Assembly: GCA_041581335.1 (NCBI GenBank) | Contig: JBFIDG010000002.1 | Coordinates: 1 to 35,436 of the forward strand | DNA from: Thermoplasmatota archaeon | Lineage (GTDB): Archaea > Thermoplasmatota > E2 > JACPAO01 > JAHFTW01 | Reading direction: 5' to 3' | DNA length: 35,436 nucleotides | Part shown: piece by piece, positions 22,105 to 29,316 of the stretch | How the letters are laid out: every line of letters starts with the position of its first letter | Numbering within the stretch: the stretch's first letter is position 1 | The notes under the pieces: generated by a model | The model's database searches: none | The model's input: only the letters and a program-made list of their open reading frames with translations | Told to the model about the DNA's origin: nothing | Translations under genes and position numbers: made by a program

Positions 22105-23002
22105 GGCCCAGGGGCATACATCCACGAGCCCGCTTGGTCAATTCGAATTCGATTCAGGCGATGGGGTGCTGCGGGCGCCCGCACGAGCCGGCTCTAGCAG
22201 GCGGCAAGCGCCCCGACGCGATAGAACATTGCTAGGTTTAACAAAAAATTAACCACCCTATCGCACGTGTCTCCGGTAGAGCGGCGCGAGCCGACGGGCC
22301 AAAACTGGCCCCAAGGAACGCATCCCGAGCCTCCCCCGCAGCCTAGGCTGACCCCCAGACATACCCAAAACGGCGCCAGACTAGTCTACCGTCGATTAGG
22401 CGTCTCCTAGCCTTAAGATTTGGATTAAGCAGTATCCGTTGTGCCCATCCACACCACGATGCAACCGGCAGCGATGTCGTACCACGGTCCCGCAGCGGAC
22501 AAAACGCCCAACGCCACGCCCAACCCAGAACCGTCCACATCACCACCAACTAGCAGCGCACATTCAATAATTCGCACAGGCCACCGACGTCATTGGGGGT
22601 TGAGTCGAAGCAAGAGCCACGCCAGCAAACCCACCCCGGAGGCCTCCCATGCGTGAAGCAAGATTCGACATCTTCGCCGCAGGCCCACTACGAATGCCCG
22701 ACGGAACCATCCAAACCAACAAGCACCCGACCACACCCACCAAGCTCACAACACCCGGCGCGGAACCCCCTGCAACCAGCTAAGCCCCCTAGTGGTTCAT
22801 GACGGCTCCGACAAAAAGGCCACACGAGAATCGCGAAATTCGCCCCAATCTCGCTTCACCTACTGGCGCTAACGCCCCGGCGCTCGCGCCCAAGCCGATC
22901 CACAAGAGCCCCGCGCCCATTGGCCGCGACGAATCAATCTCACGAACTTAACGCACACACTTAACCCTCAGCCGCCGAATTCCAACCGCAAGGTCGGGTG
23001 TC

Positions 23003-23566
23003 GTGCGAGCCAGCGGAGACGAGACACGGGAGTTGCTGCTGCACATCATCCAGAACAAACCCGGCATCACCAAGAGCAGGCTCCAACAGGAAGCAAGCCT
23101 GGCATGGGGCACAATCAGCTACCACGTCCGAATCCTACAACGCGATGGCCGAATCGACGCATTTCGCCTCGGCAGAACCCTACGACTCGCACCGCGTCGC
23201 TTCAGCAAAGAACTCGAACAAGAAGCCGCCCTAATGGCCCCACTGGCACGCGACATCATCCAAGCCATATCCACCGCCGGCACCCGCGGCACAGCCGATC
23301 TTGCCCGCGCCACTGGCCAATCCGCCCGCCGAGTAGACAACCAACTCGGATACCTCATGGACGCTGGACTCATCGACCGCACCGACGCGTACCACCCACG
23401 CTACGAGCTAAACTCGAAGGGCATGGCAACCGCCCAGAAACTCGGCGCCAACCACCCACCACCCAACAGTGACCAATCGGCCACCCAACAAAATCCAGCC
23501 GTCAACGAACCAAACGGAGCGCACAATCATGAAAACAACCATCATTCTCCTAGCCACCATCCTTAG
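23003..23566 (+). CDS. double winged-helix-turn-helix DNA-binding protein with a His/Asn/Pro-rich tail (island)
   Basis: Two wHTH units: RELLLHIIQNKPGITKSRLQQEASLAWGTISYHVRILQRDGRIDAFRLGR and ARDIIQAISTAGTRGTADLARATGQSARRVDNQLGYLMDAGLIDR. GTG start. Confidence 0.7.
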   Translation: MRASGDETRELLLHIIQNKPGITKSRLQQEASLAWGTISYHVRILQRDGRIDAFRLGRTLRLAPRRFSKELEQEAALMAPLARDIIQAISTAGTRGTADLARATGQSARRVDNQLGYLMDAGLIDRTDAYHPRYELNSKGMATAQKLGANHPPPNSDQSATQQNPAVNEPNGAHNHENNHHSPSHHP

Positions 23567-23924
23567 CCTAACCGCCACCGCCACCCACGGCCAAGCCACT
23601 GGCGGCGCAGTGCTCCAGAGTGCAGTCGACGGCGACACCCTCGACCTTTCGTGGGCCGTGCTCGGCGCCATCGACGAACTGACTCTCCACTGGATCAATA
23701 GCACCGGCACAGAAGGCAGCCTCAGCGTAACGGCCACCGATGGAGGCATCTCCCTCGCAAACCCCGCCGACGCCACCCTCTACATCCTGGAAATCCAGGC
23801 AAACGGTGAAACATCTTTCAGCAACCCGGCAAGCAACTGGCCCCGCTGCGACCCAGAAGGCTGGCTAGCCATCGTCAACCAACCGCCCTTCGTACACGTC
23901 TACTACGACTGCATCCGACCATGA
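23529..23924 (+). CDS. small secreted protein (island)
   Basis: The internal ATG of track ORF 23469..23924 gives the signal peptide MKTTIILLATILSLTATATHG. The start lies inside the 3' tail of the wHTH gene. The stop overlaps the next start (ATGA at 23921-23924). Confidence 0.6.
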   Translation: MKTTIILLATILSLTATATHGQATGGAVLQSAVDGDTLDLSWAVLGAIDELTLHWINSTGTEGSLSVTATDGGISLANPADATLYILEIQANGETSFSNPASNWPRCDPEGWLAIVNQPPFVHVYYDCIRP

Positions 23925-25330
23925 CGCACGCCCGTTTCCACTGCACAACAGCCGCTATTATCATGCTACTAGTCGCACCCGCGGCGGGTGCCGTTAGCCT
24001 CACGGCGGAGTCAGTGGCCATCACAGGCGAAACACTCGACCTCCAAGCGAGCTACGTCCAAATTGACGCCGCCCAAGGACTCGAACCTCCCCGGGCGGAC
24101 GGTATCATCATCGACGGAACCGACATCAGCGTCGAAGCCTGGTACCAAGACTCCGGCGGCACCACCGTCCCAATTTTCCCCGAAACAACGGTCTCCACGC
24201 TTGCAGAAGGCCAAGTGACCGCCGTCGGTGCAGCAATTCAACCAACATTCCAACTCAACGTACTAGCCCCTGACGGGGCCACGATATCAGGTCTCTCAGA
24301 CCTGACCCTCCAGCCCCACTCGCAAAGCCAAGGCGGGTTCCCAGAGTACGTCTGGCAAACCGGAAACGAGTTCAACGTGACCCTCGCCAAGGACCCTCGC
24401 GCCGCCGTACACGCCGCCACGACCATCTCGTTCGACGCCCCATTCACCATGGCATTCTGGAGCTGGAACTTCACAGTCAATGGAGATGCAGAAGCGGCCT
24501 GGAGCGGACAGAGACCACACGGCGAACCCATTGCCGGAAGGCACCCCCAAGGGCTGGACAAACAGCTGCTCGTATTCCATGTCCGCGAAGGCACCGCCAC
24601 CATGCAACTCGATCCACAACACATCGAGCAGCTGTTCATTCGAACCCAGGAATTCCAACTCCAGGGCCAAGTCAACATCAAGCAATCAACGGTAACAGGA
24701 ACACCAGACGGGAGCACGAATCAGAGCTTCGAGGGCAACCTGACAATCAAAACGAGCCGAATCGACAACCACACGCTAAACGCTATCATCGCACAACAGG
24801 AAAGGCCCGGGCTATCCGGCACAGAGCCAATCGAGGCCCCAACAGACCCCATCCGAACCCCCGAAACCCACGACAACGGCAACGCCATGGCTGCACCAAT
24901 CAGCCCTGAATCAAGTACAGCCATACAGGCGCTGATGATTGCAGGACTCGCCATCCTGGCCCTAGGGTTGGTCGCATACGGAACGCGATGGAAACGCCTC
25001 GTAGCCCATTTCTCAGCCCAAGACTACCGCTACGTCGCCCGGCACGCAGCCACATTCCACGCAAGCTCACGCCACGCAGGAGACGCCCAAGTGATGACCA
25101 TGGTGGCAGCAATCAAGCTCGGTCACTACGAAATCGTACGAGACAACTTGGGCCGACTCCCCGACATCGACGCCGGCGCGCGAGCCATTCTCGAGGGGCA
25201 CGCACTCATCGGCCTCGGCCTGATCGACGACGCTCAAAAACTGCTCGACGAATTGCGCTCGACATATGGAACCCGTGAATCCTTGACCCACGCATTGGAG
25301 AGCTCCGACCCCTCTGCAGCGTACGCCTAA
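23921..25330 (+). CDS. type I membrane protein: signal peptide, ectodomain of about 310 aa, one TM span and a helical-repeat (TPR-like) cytoplasmic tail (island)
   Basis: The N-terminal hydrophobic segment is AAIIMLLVAPAAGAVS and the TM span is AIQALMIAGLAILALGLVAYG. The tail includes YRYVARHAATFHAS...AAIKLGHYEIVRDNLGRL...GHALIGLGLIDDAQKLLDEL. Confidence 0.65.
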   Translation: MTHARFHCTTAAIIMLLVAPAAGAVSLTAESVAITGETLDLQASYVQIDAAQGLEPPRADGIIIDGTDISVEAWYQDSGGTTVPIFPETTVSTLAEGQVTAVGAAIQPTFQLNVLAPDGATISGLSDLTLQPHSQSQGGFPEYVWQTGNEFNVTLAKDPRAAVHAATTISFDAPFTMAFWSWNFTVNGDAEAAWSGQRPHGEPIAGRHPQGLDKQLLVFHVREGTATMQLDPQHIEQLFIRTQEFQLQGQVNIKQSTVTGTPDGSTNQSFEGNLTIKTSRIDNHTLNAIIAQQERPGLSGTEPIEAPTDPIRTPETHDNGNAMAAPISPESSTAIQALMIAGLAILALGLVAYGTRWKRLVAHFSAQDYRYVARHAATFHASSRHAGDAQVMTMVAAIKLGHYEIVRDNLGRLPDIDAGARAILEGHALIGLGLIDDAQKLLDELRSTYGTRESLTHALESSDPSAAYA

Positions 25331-25798
25331 AACCCGCCGCGCCCCACCGCTACCCCCAGCCACGGTGCCCCGGCGCACCACCCCTCAGCATCAAACTTTT
25401 GCCGAGCACCGCTCGGCTTAGCAACCCACACCCAGCCCTGTATCCTACGTTATTAGTCGGCAACTAATACGAGTCAGGAACTTGTGTGATCCAGCTGCCC
25501 CCGCGTTGGAAATCGACCTCCACGACGCCATGGCTTTGCCCATGTCTAACGACACCCCACGCCAGCAATCCCATCACACCCCCACAAACCCGGGCATTTA
25601 CCCCGAAAATCCGGCATAGGATTACGGCATGCGCAGGCCGTGCACCAGCCAAATCCGGGGTCAGGGGGACGACCACCAACAAGGACGCGATGCCGCGACC
25701 AGCGACAAGGGGCCACCAATCGTACGAATCTGGCGACGAAGCTTAAGTCACGCCCGTGTTCCCTTCATCTGCCGACCTTCGTGTCGGAATGTGATAAT

Positions 25799-26116
25799 AT
25801 GAAACTGTACCTAATTACGGGAATCTTGCTGCTGTCCGCCCTCGCCGTCGTGCCAAGCGCATCGGCAGCCCAGTGCGCCAGCGCAACCTCCTGCGCGTAC
25901 GACGTCCGGGACCACTGCGGCGGCGGCGCTCTCCTCTCGCAGAGTTGCAGTAACGCCATCTCCAACCTGCCCGAAGGCGCGCAATACCAGGCCCACAACA
26001 CCGCTCAGAACCTGGCTTGCGTGGTCCAGGAGATCCTTAGCCCGGGAAGCGTCTGCCTTGTGCCAGAACCATGCAGGCCTGGCCAAGCGTGCGAAACCAT
26101 CCGCGTGGGACTGTAG
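25799..26116 (+). CDS. small cysteine-rich secreted protein (island)
   Basis: The internal ATG of track ORF 25640..26116 gives the signal peptide MKLYLITGILLLSALAVVPSASA. The mature part of about 80 aa has 8 Cys. Confidence 0.55.
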   Translation: MKLYLITGILLLSALAVVPSASAAQCASATSCAYDVRDHCGGGALLSQSCSNAISNLPEGAQYQAHNTAQNLACVVQEILSPGSVCLVPEPCRPGQACETIRVGL

Positions 26117-26183
26117 AAATACGGCAACCCCCTTCCTTTTCCCCTCCTCCCCACGCGCTTGCGCACCACCGCTCGGTGTATCC

Positions 26184-28205
26184 ATGAAAGTACCGAAATC
26201 GGCCATCCTCGCCGCCATTTTGATTGCCCCACTGGCCATGGGCCAAGCCCCGACGGACGCATGGCTACCACTCGACACAGATCCATCCGGCGACGTCACG
26301 ACGCCGGCGGGCAATCGCCCGGAATTCCAGGCTACCGACCTCAAGTCAATTCAATATCAAGAAACCCCGGCCGCACTTTGGCTCCAAATCACCACCGCCG
26401 GCTTCCCCCAAACGGCCGGCGTCGAAAGCACCCAAGCCAGCTACACCATCGGCTTCGCCGCAGGCAACCAATCATACCGCCTACTAACAACTCGCACGGT
26501 GCCAATACAAGGCGGCGCCCCCGCATACGACGTGACCTTTGAAGCCTACGATGCCGCGCTCGGAGACTACCGTCGCAAGAGCGCGCCAATCGAATTTCAG
26601 GCAGATGAAACGGGCATCCTGTATTACGGCCTGCCCTGGCAAAACATCACCACGGAGCGCGGCCTCCCCCTGGTGCCGGGCAACCAACTCACGGACATCT
26701 CCATCCGAACAGCCAGCGGATACGACGCAATTATCGCAAGCAGCGCCGGGGCCGCCGGCCCCACCCCCACCGCAATCGCCCAGGACCGCATGCCCGACCA
26801 AGGGGAACTCGCCATCACTCTCCAAAGCATCGGCCGCGCCGCGGAAGGCATCATTGCCACCAGCCCCAACCCACTGCGATCAAGCAACGGCGCCCCCACG
26901 ACTTTCCTATTCCCCCTAGTCCTTTCCAACTTCCAGGGCTCGCAAGCCGTACTGGAACTTCTTGCAACGGATTTACCAAATGGTTGGGAGGCCCACCCCC
27001 TAGCCAACCCCATCATCCTCGAAGACCGGCAAAGCGTCGTCACTAGCATTGCCGTCAGCACCACAGGTCACCACCAACATGGCACCCAGCAAGCATTTGA
27101 AGTGCAAGTGCTGCAAGCGGGCGCGCTGCAAGCCAGCATTGAATACACGGTATACTACACTGAGACGGCGCAACCAAGCGGCCACCATCCGACGCTCTAC
27201 CTATACACCGTCGAACGAAGCCGCGGCAACCCCGTGAGCGACGCCGGCGATACCGTCTCCGAGGAGGTTCAAGGGTTCTACTACAATGACGCGTTCATGA
27301 CAACCGCCATTGATGCGGCCGAGGATGCCCAGGTCCCGGTCACCGCCGGGGCCGTGGGCACTCGACACGGCTGGCAGATTCCTTTGACACCATCATTAGG
27401 CCTAGGCCTCGACTTCACTGACGATGCAAGCGAGCTTGTCCTGCCGCTAGAATTGACTAGGGATGGCTCAATCTCACAAGTCCAGCTCGAGGCCGTCGTT
27501 AGCGTTCAGCGAGCAGACGGCCAGTTGAAGCTGGCCTCAGGAAGTCTAGACGTGGGTACCTTCGCCTCGAGCCAGGAGGTCACGATTCCAATTGCCAGGC
27601 TCCCCGGTGTCGACGTAGTAGCATACCAGCCTGGCCAGAACATGGTGCTTACGGTGTTCGCTGATTTCGTCGATCAACCCAACACCGGCCTAGATCTCAA
27701 CCTCATGCCCGGCGGCCGCATCACGTTGCCGCTCGAAGAGTACCAGGACGTCATCCCGGAAGGTTCGTTGAGTTCGTTGTCGTTGAGCGTGGAGCCGCGG
27801 TTCCAACTCGTCAATCCAGGCAGCCGCGTTAACTATCACATGACGGTGAGCGGCCCTGCCGGAGCTGTCGTGGAACTCGATGGACTAGGAGTCCCCGAGG
27901 GCTGGAGGCTGTCGTTCTCGAAGAATCGCCCGACGCTTACCGAAGGCCCCGTACTCGTTACAGTTCAGCTAGAGGCTCCGATAGGCGCCCGCGATGGCGA
28001 CGGGGCATCGTTCTTTGTGCGGGCGTCCCCCAGTGATGGCTCGGCGGCGACTGCCGCCGGCATTCGGGCGGAGGTTGATTCGAGGGCAGAATTGCCTCAG
28101 ATCGATGCGCTGACTGCGCGGGAGAAACAGAGTAGCAGCGTCGCCGCCGTCGCACTTCTATTGATGCTAGCCACCACCACGTGGACCAGACGGGGCAGAC
28201 AATAG
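26184..28205 (+). CDS. large surface protein: signal peptide, beta-sandwich-like repeats and a C-terminal TM anchor (island)
   Basis: The internal ATG of track ORF 26058..28205 gives the signal peptide MKVPKSAILAAILIAPLAMG. The C-terminal anchor is SSSVAAVALLLMLATTTWTRRGRQ. Segments such as LVNPGSRVNYHMTVSGPAGAVVELDGLGVPEGWRLSFS...LTEGPVLVTVQLEAP resemble CARDB/NEW3-type archaeal surface-protein modules; this is inference. Confidence 0.7.
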   Translation: MKVPKSAILAAILIAPLAMGQAPTDAWLPLDTDPSGDVTTPAGNRPEFQATDLKSIQYQETPAALWLQITTAGFPQTAGVESTQASYTIGFAAGNQSYRLLTTRTVPIQGGAPAYDVTFEAYDAALGDYRRKSAPIEFQADETGILYYGLPWQNITTERGLPLVPGNQLTDISIRTASGYDAIIASSAGAAGPTPTAIAQDRMPDQGELAITLQSIGRAAEGIIATSPNPLRSSNGAPTTFLFPLVLSNFQGSQAVLELLATDLPNGWEAHPLANPIILEDRQSVVTSIAVSTTGHHQHGTQQAFEVQVLQAGALQASIEYTVYYTETAQPSGHHPTLYLYTVERSRGNPVSDAGDTVSEEVQGFYYNDAFMTTAIDAAEDAQVPVTAGAVGTRHGWQIPLTPSLGLGLDFTDDASELVLPLELTRDGSISQVQLEAVVSVQRADGQLKLASGSLDVGTFASSQEVTIPIARLPGVDVVAYQPGQNMVLTVFADFVDQPNTGLDLNLMPGGRITLPLEEYQDVIPEGSLSSLSLSVEPRFQLVNPGSRVNYHMTVSGPAGAVVELDGLGVPEGWRLSFSKNRPTLTEGPVLVTVQLEAPIGARDGDGASFFVRASPSDGSAATAAGIRAEVDSRAELPQIDALTAREKQSSSVAAVALLLMLATTTWTRRGRQ

Positions 28206-28382
28206 GGTCCGACCAGCGGCGTCTGCCACACCCCCCGGGCTAATACGGATACGGAGTGGTGCAAGCACAACAAACCCGCCGCGCCGGACACATTAGTTGG
28301 AAAAACGCCCCCACCCGCCTCTCCTGTTGTCATGAGGTTGCGATTTTGGCCCACCCTAATGCCCGATCCCCTCCTGTTGGCC

Positions 28383-28405
28383 TGTTCGAATCGCGTCGGG
28401 ACCGC
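28383..28405 (+). repeat. attR-like core: displaced original 3' end of tRNA-Arg
   Basis: Identical to 21545-21567 and followed after 3 nt by a T7 run. Confidence 0.9.
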
Positions 28406-28408
28406 CTC

Positions 28409-28415
28409 TTTTTTT
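28409..28415 (+). terminator. oligo-T (T7) tract, the likely original tRNA-Arg terminator
   Basis: TTTTTTT lies directly after the distal tRNA 3'-end copy. Archaeal RNA polymerase terminates at oligo-T. The intact tRNA at 21493..21566 has no such tract. Confidence 0.5.
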
Positions 28416-28526
28416 GTCTCCCTCAGCGGAGGCTCCATCTCGACCCCTTTGTTTCCACTCGAGCGCAAGTACTCCTTGGCGGAATCCGGGGAAGCCGTTA
28501 ACCGAGCGCCCGCCTGTCGGCCTCCT

Positions 28527-28667
28527 ATGAGCGACCGAAGGCTGATCGACAGCTACTGCAACTCTTGTGAAGACGTCGCCAAGCACGTCATCCGTCCGGA
28601 TGACCCGGGCTCCTGCGTCTGCACGGTGTGCCACGCGAGCCAGCAATTGATGGTCCCGATCGGTTAG
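28527..28667 (+). CDS. small zinc-ribbon protein (46 aa)
   Basis: MSDRRLIDSYCNSCEDVAKHVIRPDDPGSCVCTVCHASQQLMVPIG has CxxC...CxCxxC and host-like GC3-rich codons. It is an internal start of track ORF 28332..28667. Confidence 0.4.
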   Translation: MSDRRLIDSYCNSCEDVAKHVIRPDDPGSCVCTVCHASQQLMVPIG

Positions 28668-28786
28668 GACCAGAAATCGAGGTCAAGGTCGCCCTTGGCC
28701 TCTTTCTTGCCCTTCTTCTCCTGGCGCTTGGCCGTCAGGTCCTCGACCTCGTCGAGCAGGCTCTTGCGCTTCTTCTCCTCGGGCAT
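28664..28786 (-). CDS. small highly charged protein (40 aa)
   Basis: Below the track cutoff. MPEEKKRKSLLDEVEDLTAKRQEKKGKKEAKGDLDLDFWS has strongly host-like codon usage. Its stop overlaps the stop of the convergent zinc-ribbon ORF. Confidence 0.3.
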   Translation of the reverse strand: MPEEKKRKSLLDEVEDLTAKRQEKKGKKEAKGDLDLDFWS

Positions 28787-29316
28787 AGGGGCTTGCAGGC
28801 TGTCCGCTCTGATTAGCCCTGCCGTCGCCGGCCCGGGGGCCTAGTCGCCTTGCAGTTTGCGTTTGGCCAGTGCGGCCAAACGGCGCCCGGCGGGACTCTG
28901 GCGCAGATTGGCTCCCGGGGGACTGTCTGGCATCTTCTGCCGCTTCGCGGCCATCTGGATGCGTTTCTTGCTCGCATCCTGGTTGCGGCGGACCGTCTCG
29001 CTCACGGCGCCTCCGGCGGTACGGTCGTCGGGTCCATGGGCGGACCACGCGGGCCTCCCAGAAAGGGCCATCGGCGCCGTGGCGACGGTGTGGGCCGGCG
29101 GGAGGCGACCCCAGACGATGCCTGCGCCAAGCCGGCCGCCGGCATGGCGGCCGGGCTCCGGCCTCGGCGCCCAGCCACGCGCACGGTCGGCGTGGCGGCG
29201 GTCGCGAGGGGCCGACACACCGATGTCCAGACCCATAGCGCAAGGCGCCGACGGCCTGCCCGCGGGGCCCGCCCCGACGCGAAACGGCTAATGCCAGCAC
29301 ACCACACCTCCAAGCT

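Larger units (their letters stand above)
21545..28405. mobile_element. tRNA-Arg-integrated genomic island or cryptic integrative element (about 6.8 kb) with no recognisable integrase
   Basis: A perfect 23-bp direct repeat of the tRNA 3' end lies at both borders. The native T7 terminator follows the distal copy only. Composition shifts inside the island, the ORFs are co-oriented and of unknown function, and host-like genes resume immediately outside. Confidence 0.65.

Noticed and set aside
28664-28700. C-terminal DLDLDFWS of the 40-aa ORF as a PCNA-interacting (PIP-box) or HbYX-type motif
   Set aside because: The spacing does not fit Qxx[LIM]xx[FY][FYW], and there is no penultimate Tyr for HbYX. 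It is a coincidental acidic-aromatic tail as far as can be judged.
28841-29236. 131-aa minus-strand ORF, or its 54-aa GTG-initiated 3' part (28841..29005: VSETVRRNQDASKKRIQMAAKRQKMPDSPPGANLRQSPAGRRLAALAKRKLQGD)
   Set aside because: The frame has high GC3 and the basic C-terminal part could be a real small protein. I recognise no family, though, and the N-terminal two thirds are R/P/G/A-rich like the other overlapping junk frames here. There is not enough evidence to call it.
28990-29316. SRP RNA or RNase P RNA in the GC-rich gap
   Set aside because: Neither strand contains the conserved helix-8 GGAAG...AGCA motif of SRP RNA or the GAGGAAAGTCC core of RNase P RNA. Only generic GC hairpins are present.
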